Of a stretch of 64,000 nt of DNA, positions 1 to 9,714 are shown piece by piece. Below the pieces are notes generated by a model. The model was given only the letters and a program-made list of their open reading frames with translations, made no database searches and was not told the DNA's origin. A program made the position numbers and the translations under genes. Source of the stretch: an uncultured bacterium (lineage in GTDB: Bacteria; Poribacteria; WGA-4E; WGA-3G); assembly GCA_964523645.1 (NCBI GenBank), contig CAZGAW010000009.1, forward strand, positions 123 through 64,122, read 5' to 3'. Position 1 is the first letter of the stretch; each line of letters starts with the position of its first letter.

Positions 1-30
1 TATTTAAATTTTTTTGAAAAGGAGTGCAAG

Positions 31-819
31 ATGGCCCAAGTTGTTCCCTTACGATACGACACCGCTTTTAAGAAAGCGTTCGGTCAACCCGAGATCTTCT
101 GTCAATTTGCCGAAGACGTGTTAGGTATCCAATTCCATACCGATGAGGTGCATCGCGGTTACAAATTCCTCGAACCTATCGGACAGGTTGATATTGAATA
201 TGACCTATTCGCCGAGGATAAGGACTCCCGAATTGTGGTTGAGATACAACACGTCAAAGAACGCCACTTCTACGACCGTTTCCTATATTATCACCTCATC
301 AACCTCGTCGAACAGGTAAAAAACAGCAAAGCATATCAGTTCGATCGGACGGTTTACACGATTGTTGTCTTAACAAGTCCGTATAGTGAGAGCGACATCG
401 ACTTCAGTGTAGCTATCGCGGACTTCAACCCCGTCAACGAATTTAGCCGGAAAGTCAATGTCTATCCGCATCAACTCGTGTTTGTCGTCCCGCGTATGGT
501 CAACGAGAAAACACCGTCGGGTATCAAAACGTGGTTGGAACTCGTTTTGGATTCTCTGGACGGAGAAATAGACGAGCGCGACTATAATTCCCCGATTTTC
601 GAGAGGGTGATTAATGCGGTTAAACTGGACAACATCTCGCCAGCAGAGCGCAGGATCCTTAAGGATGAAGAGTCTTGGGAAGACACCTTAATAGACGTGA
701 AGCAACAGGAAAAGATTGCAATTGCTCGTGCCCTAATTAGTGAAGGCTTAAGCACCGAAGTCATCGCGAGAGCAACGGGCATCCCCGAAACAGACATCGA
801 AAAACTCAGGCAGTCTTAA
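31..819 (+). CDS. Rpn/YhgA-like PD-(D/E)XK nuclease family protein (putative transposase / recombination-promoting nuclease)
   Basis: 262-aa ORF preceded by AAGGAG. It has an N-terminal YDTAFKKAF motif and a DIEYDLF...IVVEIQH core typical of this family. The C-terminus carries an HTH-like IAIARALISEGLSTEVIARATGI. Confidence 0.7.
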   Translation: MAQVVPLRYDTAFKKAFGQPEIFCQFAEDVLGIQFHTDEVHRGYKFLEPIGQVDIEYDLFAEDKDSRIVVEIQHVKERHFYDRFLYYHLINLVEQVKNSKAYQFDRTVYTIVVLTSPYSESDIDFSVAIADFNPVNEFSRKVNVYPHQLVFVVPRMVNEKTPSGIKTWLELVLDSLDGEIDERDYNSPIFERVINAVKLDNISPAERRILKDEESWEDTLIDVKQQEKIAIARALISEGLSTEVIARATGIPETDIEKLRQS

Positions 820-845
820 AAAACAAACACACAGCGAGGTACCCC

Positions 846-2486
846 ATGTTCAACAGACCCCCAACGATCGGTGAATACCTACTCAGGAAACTGGAAGGCT
901 ATGACATCGAACACATCTTCGGTATCCCCGGTGATTACGTGCTGCGATTCTATAACCTCATCGAGCAGAGCGCAATTCAGCATATCGGTATGACCCGTGA
1001 GGACGCAGCGGGCTACGCAGCAGACGCCTACGCACGGATAAAAGGTATGGGTGCCGCTTGTGTCACCTATTGTGTCGGCGGACTATCGATGGTGAACGCC
1101 GTCGCAGGTGCTTACGCCGAGAAATCACCCGTCGTTGTGATTAGCGGCGCACCGGGTATCAGAGAACACGGGAAAGATGCACTCCTTCACCATAAAGTCC
1201 GGGATTTCCATACACAGCAACGTATCTACGATGAAATAACCGTCGCGACCGCTCTGCTCGACGAACCCTTTACCGCCTTCAACGAAATCGACCGTGTGCT
1301 TGATGCCGTCTATCGTTACAAACGTCCGGGCTACATTGAAATCCCGCGTGATATGGTGGATGTTCGCGGCACACTCTATCAACGCCCCTCAACGGGTGGA
1401 CATCTCAGTGAACCGGAAACGTTAGACGCTGCCGTTGAAGATGCAATTGATTTCATCAATCAAAGTAAAAGACCCGTGATCCTTGCAGGCGTAGAACTCC
1501 ATAGATTCGGTTATCAAAACAAACTATTGAGACTCGTGGAAGAAAAACGGATTCCAGTGGTAGCAACGCTCCTCGGAAAATCGGTAATGCCGGAATCACA
1601 TCCGCTCTACTTGGGTATCTATGAAGGGGCAATGGGAAAAAAAGAGGTTAGAGAATTTGTTGAGGACTCGGATTGTGTCATCATCCTCGGTGCATTCATG
1701 ACGGATGTAAACCTTGGAATTTACACCGCAAACCTCGACCGGGCACGCTCTATCTATGCCACTTCAGAAAAAATTACAGTCCGTTACCACAACTACGAAG
1801 AGGTGATGTTTGACGATTTTATTGATGGCATCAATGCGTCAAAACTCCGAAGACGTAGGAAACCGAACTTAGGATGGACACTCTCAGATGCCGAACCGTT
1901 TGCTGTCATACCGAACGCCCGTTTAACAGTGGGCAGACTGTTCCAGCATCTCAATGAATTCATGAGCGATGAATTGACGGTTATCGCCGATGTCGGCGAC
2001 AGCCTCTTCGGTGCCGCGGATTTACGGATTCATCAGCACACCAACTTTATCAGTCCTGCCTACTACACCTCAATGGGATTCGCAGTGCCAGCAGCCGTTG
2101 GCGCGCAGCTGAGTACACCTAATAAGCGGTGCCTTGTTATCGTCGGCGATGGTGCCTTCCAAATGACAGGCACTGAACTCTCAACAATCGCTCGCTACGG
2201 ACTCAATCCTATCGTGCTTGTTTTAAACAACCACGGGTACGGCACGGAGCGACACCTTCTTGAAGGCACTTTCAACGATATAGGTTGCTGGAATTATAGC
2301 AGCATGCCGGCACTCTTCAGTACAGGACGCGGATTTCATGTCCAAACCGAAGGCGAGTTTGACGAAGCCTTCAAATCGGCACTTGCTGAAACGCAACACT
2401 TTACCCTGATTGAGGCAGAACTTGAAAAACTGGATACTTCACCGGCACTCGCTCGATTAGCGGAACGGATGTCTGGTGAAATCTAA
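846..2486 (+). CDS. Thiamine-diphosphate-dependent alpha-keto acid decarboxylase (indolepyruvate/phenylpyruvate/pyruvate decarboxylase family)
   Basis: 546-aa ORF. The N-terminal TIGEYLLRKL...IFGIPGDY and AAGYAADAYAR...VTYCVGGLS match the family, as does the C-terminal TPP-binding GDGAFQMT...NN motif. Confidence 0.8.
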   Translation: MFNRPPTIGEYLLRKLEGYDIEHIFGIPGDYVLRFYNLIEQSAIQHIGMTREDAAGYAADAYARIKGMGAACVTYCVGGLSMVNAVAGAYAEKSPVVVISGAPGIREHGKDALLHHKVRDFHTQQRIYDEITVATALLDEPFTAFNEIDRVLDAVYRYKRPGYIEIPRDMVDVRGTLYQRPSTGGHLSEPETLDAAVEDAIDFINQSKRPVILAGVELHRFGYQNKLLRLVEEKRIPVVATLLGKSVMPESHPLYLGIYEGAMGKKEVREFVEDSDCVIILGAFMTDVNLGIYTANLDRARSIYATSEKITVRYHNYEEVMFDDFIDGINASKLRRRRKPNLGWTLSDAEPFAVIPNARLTVGRLFQHLNEFMSDELTVIADVGDSLFGAADLRIHQHTNFISPAYYTSMGFAVPAAVGAQLSTPNKRCLVIVGDGAFQMTGTELSTIARYGLNPIVLVLNNHGYGTERHLLEGTFNDIGCWNYSSMPALFSTGRGFHVQTEGEFDEAFKSALAETQHFTLIEAELEKLDTSPALARLAERMSGEI

Positions 2487-2492
2487 TAATGG

Positions 2493-2528
2493 CAGTCAGT
2501 AATCAGTAATCAGTAATCAGTAAAGAGG
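2493..2528. repeat. Heptanucleotide tandem array (CAGTCAG TAATCAG x3 TAAAGAG)
   Basis: Read directly between convergent genes. The reverse complement begins CCTCTTTACTGAT..., like the arrays at 61395 and 62159. Confidence 0.85.
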
Positions 2529-2590
2529 TTATAGTTTAACAACATCTCTTCCTGATAGCTGCCCCTGAAAGCGTACTGAACGTTATTCTT

Positions 2591-2615
2591 CCGACCGCCT
2601 GACCGCTGAACGCTA
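2591..2615. repeat. Heptad array (CCGACCG CCTGACC GCTGAAC)
   Basis: Read directly; 7-bp periodic YGA core. Confidence 0.6.
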
Positions 2616-3416
2616 TTCTAAGGCAGCAATTTTCTCCCGCAAAAACCCTGTACAATAAGGCACTTGCTCTTCCGACAACCCGTGCAGTACAACCGCACCG
2701 TCATAGCCATTCTCCTTGAGTAGACCAAGATACCGATCGTAGTCCAGCAAACCGGTTCCAGCAGCGAGATGTCCCGCTTGACCGTCCCGATCTAAGTCTT
2801 TGGCGTGTGCGAGCGCGATATCATCGCCGAGCAGTGCGAACGCCTCATCAAGAATTTCGCGCATTTTTGGCAGTTCACCTTTGTGGAAGATATTCGCACC
2901 GTCCATACAAACCTTTAGATAGGGAGATTGCATCTCATCAAGCAGCCGTCGTGCTTTCTGTGCGGAATCGACGACGTTCGCCACTTCAGGTTCAAATGCG
3001 AGCGTCACTTTATATTCCTCGGCGACCTCCAGTGCCTTTCCCATGGACGCAATAAGATCACGCCACGCTTCCGGTGTATTGTTATCAGGATGGGCGCGCC
3101 ACATGCTGTCCGGATCGCGTGAGCCGGTGCAGATCGTAATTACGGATGTCCCCATCGGCGCGCACTGTTCTGCGACGGAACGCAACCCTTGCAATCCAGC
3201 GTGCCGTTTCTCAACATCCGGATCAATCATGTTGTAGGTACCTCCAAGTGCCGAGATCGTGATCTGTCGGTCGTCTATCTCCTTGCGAACCTCCGCAAGC
3301 GACAGTCCTGCAGGCACATGATATTGTAAATGGCGGACATTGTGTTCTACAATAGCGTCCAAAGTCGCATCGAGCGTTTTCCGCCGAATCGTCCCCGCCA
3401 TAAGTCCAACGTGCAT
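2613..3416 (-). CDS. Sugar phosphate isomerase/epimerase (xylose isomerase-like TIM barrel)
   Basis: 267-aa ORF with an AGGAG RBS. The LAFEPE and HAKD motifs are typical of the AP-endonuclease-2/xylose isomerase-like fold. Confidence 0.7.
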   Translation of the reverse strand: MHVGLMAGTIRRKTLDATLDAIVEHNVRHLQYHVPAGLSLAEVRKEIDDRQITISALGGTYNMIDPDVEKRHAGLQGLRSVAEQCAPMGTSVITICTGSRDPDSMWRAHPDNNTPEAWRDLIASMGKALEVAEEYKVTLAFEPEVANVVDSAQKARRLLDEMQSPYLKVCMDGANIFHKGELPKMREILDEAFALLGDDIALAHAKDLDRDGQAGHLAAGTGLLDYDRYLGLLKENGYDGAVVLHGLSEEQVPYCTGFLREKIAALE

Positions 3417-3635
3417 AAATTTCTCCTATTAAACGGTGGTTTGTTGTCCGGTTCAGTACAAAAATAGGGGTTTAAAAACGTGATGATTATACAACAGAAA
3501 AGATCAGATGGCAAGAAAAATGAATCATAAGACTTTTTGCTCTCAAATCAGCTATTACCATAATATCCGCACTTGACCTTTTAAGACACCCGTGATACCA
3601 TACTCTCCATTCAGCGGAAACGGAGGTCTCGTTTG

Positions 3636-5057
3636 ATGAATCCACAAGCAATTATTACTAAAATATGCGGTGCTATTGATCTGATGATCGAAAGTAGTAG
3701 GGTTTATAAAGGATTGTTTCCGTCCATTCTACATCCACAAACGGGTGAGATGCTCATGGAGAAACCGCCCAAGATTCCGGGGCAACGAAACGGCGACCGG
3801 GCGCATCTCGGTTCTAATTTGATTCACGATGAACCGTTGCTCGCCACGATGAATGCACTCGCTGAAACTGAATCGAAACCCGAATACGTTGAAGCCGTGG
3901 ATCAATACTTGGCGCATTTTGCTCGGAATTGCACGAATACAACAACCGGGTTGTTTCCTTGGGGTGAGCACTCCTTTTGGCAGCTGATAGAGGAACGGGT
4001 CGGATGTTCGCGAAACCCAGCAGGCGGTGCCGCAATCCACGACCATCTGCGTCAGGTCCCGCTATGGCTCTGGCAAAAACTGAATACGTTTAATCCGGCT
4101 TGCGTGCAAAGTTTCGCTGATGGCTTAGATTATCATTGGACAGAAGGTGCCGGTCTTGAATACATCCGCCATGCGAACATCGATACACAGGCACACCTCG
4201 TTCGCGGCGGCAGGGCGTGTGATTTTCCACGGCATTCAGGATTTTACATTTTCGATTTGGTGTTCGCGTATACGCACGCGCAACGTCCTGAAACTCTTCA
4301 ACAAATTCAGAACTATACCGACTACTGGTGGGAGAAACGGGATGTGCGCGGGCTTTTGCGTATTGAGAGTCGCTCACCGAAAGAGGATGAACGGTTTTTT
4401 GAGAATAACGCTCCCACGCAAACGTTCTCATTGGGGGTTAGTCTACTTGAATCCGCAGCATTGATAGAATCGCTTCTACCGGATTTGGCAGACCAGATGC
4501 GACAATACGGCTTGGTTTACATTGACGGGTTTCTTGCTGCACCGCATAATCTTGAAACTCGTGAGTTTGTGAGTCTATGCCAGTGTGAGACGGATCGGAT
4601 TGTTGAACGCATGTCCACTTGGGGAAGCGTCTACGGTGCAGGTACTGTATGTAGTACGGCGGTGCTGTGTCTCGGTGGCTGGCGATTGACACAAAACGAA
4701 GAGCTAATGGAATGGGCGCGCGTGGTTGGTAATACCTATCTCGACGAGAAATTTCCGATTGATCTCGTACAGACAGAAGGGTTTAAGATTCCGGCATCGG
4801 ATGCTGGGCTTACCCTTGAACTCTTTGCGGATCTCTACGACATCACCGGTGAATCGGTGTGGTTGGAAGGCGGGATTGAATTAGCAGAAACGGTGTTGGA
4901 GGTCTATTTTCCAGAAACGCTCCCATTCGGGGCATCTGGGATTGATTGGTATGAATCGCAAACGGGAGCAGCGTACTTGATTCACGGTTTGGCACGGGTG
5001 GCACTCTTATCACTTCACCGAACCTCTCCGCTCGCCCCCAATTACACCGCACGATAG
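3636..5057 (+). CDS. Hypothetical protein (no family recognised; possibly an alpha/alpha-toroid type enzyme)
   Basis: Long uninterrupted ORF (about 473 aa) with a GGAGG RBS. Only shadow ORFs lie antisense to it. No motif I can name. Confidence 0.5.
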   Translation: MNPQAIITKICGAIDLMIESSRVYKGLFPSILHPQTGEMLMEKPPKIPGQRNGDRAHLGSNLIHDEPLLATMNALAETESKPEYVEAVDQYLAHFARNCTNTTTGLFPWGEHSFWQLIEERVGCSRNPAGGAAIHDHLRQVPLWLWQKLNTFNPACVQSFADGLDYHWTEGAGLEYIRHANIDTQAHLVRGGRACDFPRHSGFYIFDLVFAYTHAQRPETLQQIQNYTDYWWEKRDVRGLLRIESRSPKEDERFFENNAPTQTFSLGVSLLESAALIESLLPDLADQMRQYGLVYIDGFLAAPHNLETREFVSLCQCETDRIVERMSTWGSVYGAGTVCSTAVLCLGGWRLTQNEELMEWARVVGNTYLDEKFPIDLVQTEGFKIPASDAGLTLELFADLYDITGESVWLEGGIELAETVLEVYFPETLPFGASGIDWYESQTGAAYLIHGLARVALLSLHRTSPLAPNYTAR

Positions 5058-5123
5058 TTTTCTAATTTACCTTACTGTAGGCTTCACTATACACAAATTT
5101 CCATGAAAAAAGAAAGGAAAATT

Positions 5124-5903
5124 ATGGCAACCAGAGTACCAATTGGTTTAGAATTGTTTTCTGTCCGAAATGAGTTAGCAGAGGATGTCCGCGGCACAAT
5201 AAAAGCGGTCGCTGAGATGGGATATGAAGGCGTTGAATTCGCCGGCCCCCCGCGACACTCCGCAGAAGAATTGAAAGGCTATCTTGACGAGTTCGGGTTA
5301 GTCTGCTGCGGTTGGCACACGCCGTTCAACCTCGTTCAAGAAGATACGATTGATGAAACAATCGAATTCAACAAGGTTCTGGAAAACCCTTATGTCATTG
5401 TTCCGGGTATTCCGGGGGAACTCCGTCAATCGCGAGCGGACTGGCTGAAATTAGCAAATATTTTCAACGGCATCGCCGATAAACTCGCAGCACACGGTAT
5501 GGTGACGGGTTATCATAATCATCACGTCGAATTTTCGCCGCTGGATGGCGAAATCCCTTGGGACACTTTCTTCGGTAACACGAACGAAGGCGTTGTGATG
5601 CAACTGGACATGGGCAATGCGTTATCGGGTGGCGCGGATCTCGTCGGCATTTTGGAGAGATACCCCGGGCGCGCTGGCACCGTCCACCTCAAACCCTACA
5701 CAGAATCACTGGGCGAGGTAGACAGACACGCCGGTTTCCGTCCTGTTATCGGGGAGGACAGCGTGCCGTGGGATGAGATCTTCCGGGTCTGCGAGACCAC
5801 GGGTGGCACGAAATGGTATATCGTCGAATATGAAAGTGATGCCTTTCCGCCGCTTGAGGCTGTCGAACGCTGTTTAAAAGCACTAAAGGCGATGGGTAAA
5901 TAG
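5124..5903 (+). CDS. Sugar phosphate isomerase/epimerase (xylose isomerase-like TIM barrel)
   Basis: The ORF track gives 5103..5903; the ATG at 5124 follows AAAGGAAA. The protein starts IGLELFSVR and contains GYEGVEF and YHNH motifs. Confidence 0.7.
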   Translation: MATRVPIGLELFSVRNELAEDVRGTIKAVAEMGYEGVEFAGPPRHSAEELKGYLDEFGLVCCGWHTPFNLVQEDTIDETIEFNKVLENPYVIVPGIPGELRQSRADWLKLANIFNGIADKLAAHGMVTGYHNHHVEFSPLDGEIPWDTFFGNTNEGVVMQLDMGNALSGGADLVGILERYPGRAGTVHLKPYTESLGEVDRHAGFRPVIGEDSVPWDEIFRVCETTGGTKWYIVEYESDAFPPLEAVERCLKALKAMGK

Positions 5904-5907
5904 CGAA

Positions 5908-5940
5908 CAGCAGTCAGCCTTCGGCAGTCAGAGGTCAGCC
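5908..5940. repeat. Heptad array (AGTCAGC CTTCGGC AGTCAGA GGTCAGC)
   Basis: Read directly downstream of 5903. The reverse complement fits GCYGAMN. Confidence 0.6.
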
Positions 5941-6034
5941 AGAGAATCCTATGGCAGTTACGCACATTTTACATGTCGCACCTTAAAAATTTCTGATCGC
6001 TGAAGGTTCCAACAGCCTGATGTTCACACCGTTG

Positions 6035-6057
6035 CTGGCGAGGTTTGCAACCTCGCC
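6035..6057. repeat. REP-like hairpin CTGGCGAGGTT-tgc-AACCTCGCC
   Basis: Perfect 9-bp stem read directly, in intergenic DNA. Confidence 0.7.
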
Positions 6058-6105
6058 CTATAGTGTCCACGTAATTTTAAAATCCACAATAATTGGAGCA
6101 AATTC

Positions 6106-6864
6106 ATGAGAACCTATTGTGCAAGTACGCTCCCATTCTCCACTTTTCCTTTGACGGAGTTTGCTCGCGAGTTATCCCAAGGAGTCGTATCCGCTATTGA
6201 ACTCGCACAACCTCATTATTCGGACGTAGCAGCCGAAACGATCGCTGAACTTCGGGAAGCGACCGGACTCCATTTCAAATCTATGCTGAGCACGGTGGGA
6301 GTTGACGCACCAGACGGACTAGAAGCGTTAATCGAAATTCTCGACACTGCCCAAAGGCTCTCTATTCCACTGGTCAGCATCGCAAGTGGTGGAAATGAAG
6401 ATGCCACCCCTCGTGAGATTGAAACGATTATTGAGCGTCTCAAAACGGTCACTGAAGAAGCCGCGGCTCGTAATCTAAACCTTATGCTCTACGCGCACGA
6501 GGGGAGTATGGCTTACAACCTTGAACGCACGCAGCAAATCCTCAAGGCAATCCCCGCTGACAACTTCGGTCTTTACTACAGTCCGTTTCACTTTCATCGC
6601 GGCGGAGATGACCCAGTTGTCGCCTTACGAACCTTGTCCGAGCGGTTAACCAGTGTTTATTTCAACTGCGGTGTCGATTCAAAGACAGGCAGCGAGCCGT
6701 TTTGGGCACCAGAGATGGATTTTCACGCCATCTGTCAGGAGATAGATCGTGTCGGCTACACTGATGAGATTATGCTTATCTATCTCGGATTGAAAGCGGA
6801 AACCCCGCAACCGATTATTGAGGGTGTCTCAAATGCGCGAACGAAGTTAGAAACCTATTTTTAA
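6106..6864 (+). CDS. TIM-barrel sugar phosphate isomerase/epimerase-like protein
   Basis: 252-aa ORF with weak similarity in pattern to its neighbours (LMLYAHEGS, FHFHRGG). Confidence 0.45.
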   Translation: MRTYCASTLPFSTFPLTEFARELSQGVVSAIELAQPHYSDVAAETIAELREATGLHFKSMLSTVGVDAPDGLEALIEILDTAQRLSIPLVSIASGGNEDATPREIETIIERLKTVTEEAAARNLNLMLYAHEGSMAYNLERTQQILKAIPADNFGLYYSPFHFHRGGDDPVVALRTLSERLTSVYFNCGVDSKTGSEPFWAPEMDFHAICQEIDRVGYTDEIMLIYLGLKAETPQPIIEGVSNARTKLETYF

Positions 6865-6889
6865 TTGATTCAGCCGCAAATCGTGTTCT

Positions 6890-8131
6890 TTACGAACCTT
6901 TCAATTCCCCTAATAGATTCGTTATCTCCGTGTGAATCTGTGCTTCAACCGCAGGCTCCAACGCTAACCGATAGGGACCACTGAGCGCATGGTTCCGGGG
7001 TCCCGCTTCATAGCCTGCTTTCAGCCCCAACTCGTAAGCCGCTCGGGTCGCAATATAGACCTCACTGCCGTTTGTGTAACCAAAAACGAAGGTGTGTGAG
7101 AACGGCGAGGTTTCGTCAGCAAAGCGTTGGTACTCCGAAAAGAGTTCATGCGATACGGACAGGAAACAGAGTGCATCGCCAACCGCAAACGCGCTTATCG
7201 GGAAGGGTAAAGCGCGCTTCTCGCCGCTCTTAGCGACTTCCAACAGAGCAACATAGCGGTCATCATCGGGGAATTCTTCGATTAACTGCTCGCATTCCGC
7301 GACAGAAGGCGGATCCCGGAACGGCAACTTCACAAGCTTTGAACACGCCTTAAGGGGTGCAACAGGGATATCTTTTGCAGTCTTTAACGCTTGGTGCGTC
7401 GCAAACGCGAGCGTGAATCCAGCGACATCGCACGCATCGAAACCGCCTCGCAACGGATAGCCGTTGATGTCTGCGGCGCAACCTTGCGCGAAGAGCAGAA
7501 CGCTTTTCGGCTTCAGATCCAAGAAATTACGGAGATGTTCAACGGCATAGCCGGGGAAATCCGCCCCCATCTCCTCGCTCGACCAGTGGACAATCACCGG
7601 ATGCGCGGCATGCGAGAACAGTACCGCGATGACCTCTCCATCTATATCGTAAGCCCCTAACACGTCAACCCACGGCACAACGGAACCTTCAGGGTTAGGT
7701 GCCATGACAATATACCCCTCGTCGTTCATTACGCGACGGTTATAACCGATTTGGACAGGGGCACGTCCTGAGCGCAATGTTGCGGGTTCAAGCCCATCTA
7801 CTGCATCCTTCACCAACTCGGCAAGGCACGTCGCCAACCACGCTTCGGATTCCTCAGTTATCCACCGTCCATCAACACCCGGCGCGTTGTGCGTATGGCT
7901 ACAGTTAATGACGACATGCGCTGGCGGTATGCCTGTAGCCTCCTGGATTGCTTCAAGTAGCACTCTGTTGTATTGCAGTGAAAACTGCCCGTAGTCGGCG
8001 GTCACAATAGCGAGTTGTGTTTCACCATCGGCAAGCACCAACGCGCGTGCATACAATTCAGCGTAAACCTCTGGTCTGTCCTTTATGGAGGTAATCACAG
8101 TCTCTGCTGCACCTGCCATGAGGGTATCCAT
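6890..8131 (-). CDS. Neutral/alkaline ceramidase-like N-terminal domain protein
   Basis: ORF 6890..8164; the likely start is MDTLMAG at 8131, after AAGGAG. YARALVLADG...LAIVTAD and CSHTHNAPG resemble the ceramidase N-terminal signature. Confidence 0.45.
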   Translation of the reverse strand: MDTLMAGAAETVITSIKDRPEVYAELYARALVLADGETQLAIVTADYGQFSLQYNRVLLEAIQEATGIPPAHVVINCSHTHNAPGVDGRWITEESEAWLATCLAELVKDAVDGLEPATLRSGRAPVQIGYNRRVMNDEGYIVMAPNPEGSVVPWVDVLGAYDIDGEVIAVLFSHAAHPVIVHWSSEEMGADFPGYAVEHLRNFLDLKPKSVLLFAQGCAADINGYPLRGGFDACDVAGFTLAFATHQALKTAKDIPVAPLKACSKLVKLPFRDPPSVAECEQLIEEFPDDDRYVALLEVAKSGEKRALPFPISAFAVGDALCFLSVSHELFSEYQRFADETSPFSHTFVFGYTNGSEVYIATRAAYELGLKAGYEAGPRNHALSGPYRLALEPAVEAQIHTEITNLLGELKGS

Positions 8132-8188
8132 AAGATTACTCCTTGTCCCCACATTACAACGCACAGTGTGTCGATTACACTTACGTCA

Positions 8189-8298
8189 GTTGCGTAGGTT
8201 GGGTAGAACGGATACTCTCAAAACGCTAAAAAATCATAGAAAGAGCACCTTTCCCGCATAACCCCACCGCAACCAGAAACTGAGTGAAACCCAACATC
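8189..8298. repeat. 110-bp IR element (GTAGGTTGGGT...ACCCAACAT) bracketed by 9-bp direct repeats CTTACGTCA
   Basis: The direct repeats are at 8180..8188 and 8299..8307, and the right one overlaps the LLM stop codon. The internal arms are complementary. Confidence 0.45.
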
Positions 8299-8299
8299 C

Positions 8300-9358
8300 T
8301 TACGTCAAATCCGCCAGTTGCGGCATCACCTCGTTCTTGAGGAGCGTCATGGAGTTCAACCACTGCTCCTTCGGTTCCCACTCATGTCCCATCGCGAGTA
8401 AGACCCCAAAACCGCCGACTTCATCATAAAGCTCACGCAAACGATCGGCAACGTGATCTGGACTCCCGACAATCCACAAGGTATCCAATAAATGTTCAAG
8501 CGTCATGTCTGCGTCGTCCATGTCCGGATCGGGTTTGAAGTTCCCTGGGCTAAACAAGTTAAACCAATAGTCCCGAAAATCACGTCCGAGCGTGCCTTCG
8601 ATCGCCTCTTTCCGCGCCTGTTCGGTGGTATCCGCGACGTAGACCTCACGGGCAATGCGCCACGTTGAACGCGACGGCGATAAGCCCGCCTTTTCCGCGC
8701 CCTCTTCAACAGCGTCCCAGTGTGTCTTGATGGTTGGAACATGTGCGAGATTAATACTCATCGGAATCCAGCCGCGTTCGCCAGCCAGAACAAGGGTGTC
8801 CGATTTAGGCGACGATCCCGCCATTGCGATCGGCGGATGCGGTTTTTGGTAAGGCTTCATGTGGACACTCACAATATTCGGACGATGTTCAGGGATCTTA
8901 AATTCCCAGAAATCGCTTTTGTAATGTCCCGGTTCTGGGTCTGTCCAAATCTTGAGAACTGCTTCAATTCCTTCACGGGTCGACTGCCGTCTGTCCCCGT
9001 CCGCCATGAACATCTCCGCGTCGCTCGGCGTGGAACTTGAACCAACCCCCCAATGAAAACGTCCGTGCGTTTGATGATCGAGTTGCGCGATGCGATGCGC
9101 GACAACCGCAGGATTGTGGATCGGCATACACGTAATACCCGTGCCGAAAACGATATTCTCTGTCATCGCAGCCGCTTTTGCAATAAAAAGATCAGGGGAC
9201 GGAATATTCTCCCATGTAAACGTAAAATGCTCACCAACATACGCTTCTTTATAACCCAACTCATCGAGGACCACCATCTGCTCAATATCATGATCAAGCG
9301 TCTTAGTGGTATCACTGCCGGGTGGATGCAAAGGCATTGTGAAAAAACCGAGTTCCAT
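8300..9358 (-). CDS. LLM-class flavin-dependent oxidoreductase (luciferase-like monooxygenase)
   Basis: ORF 8300..9412; the likely start is MELGFFTMPLH at 9358, after AAGGAG. It has the luciferase-like pattern GYKEAYVGEHF. Confidence 0.75.
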   Translation of the reverse strand: MELGFFTMPLHPPGSDTTKTLDHDIEQMVVLDELGYKEAYVGEHFTFTWENIPSPDLFIAKAAAMTENIVFGTGITCMPIHNPAVVAHRIAQLDHQTHGRFHWGVGSSSTPSDAEMFMADGDRRQSTREGIEAVLKIWTDPEPGHYKSDFWEFKIPEHRPNIVSVHMKPYQKPHPPIAMAGSSPKSDTLVLAGERGWIPMSINLAHVPTIKTHWDAVEEGAEKAGLSPSRSTWRIAREVYVADTTEQARKEAIEGTLGRDFRDYWFNLFSPGNFKPDPDMDDADMTLEHLLDTLWIVGSPDHVADRLRELYDEVGGFGVLLAMGHEWEPKEQWLNSMTLLKNEVMPQLADLT

Positions 9359-9604
9359 AAAAAGGCTCCTTTGTGTATTCCAAATTTCCAAACGACTGGA
9401 TGCTTGCTTCATTTTCCGTTGTGCAGAACAAATTTTTGATAAGTGCCAACGCGTGTGGTACGGATCACGCCTATTGACGTGTGATATGTATTATGGAAAA
9501 GGCAGTTTGTAGGTGTGTTTCAATTTTTGTATAGCAACTAATGTAAAGCAAAGACACATTTAGCCGCTTACGCGCTAAATTTGGTTTGCAAGCTGCACCA
9601 AAAT

Positions 9605-9633
9605 TTGACAAAATCAGTAACGTCTGTTATTGT
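9605..9633 (+). promoter_or_regulatory. Candidate sigma70-type promoter (TTGACA-17-TATTGT)
   Basis: Hexamers read directly, about 80 nt upstream of the 9715 start. Confidence 0.3.
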
Positions 9634-9714
9634 GTTTGTTAGGTAAAAGGTTACCACAAATCTAAATATTTTTCAAATATATTCTATCTTCTGCGAAAAG
9701 GAGAACGCTACATT

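Noticed and set aside
2493-2528. Possibility that the short tandem repeats (7-bp arrays, 12-bp x4) are CRISPR arrays.
   Set aside because: The repeat units are far too short and directly abutting with no spacers. No cas genes are in the window.
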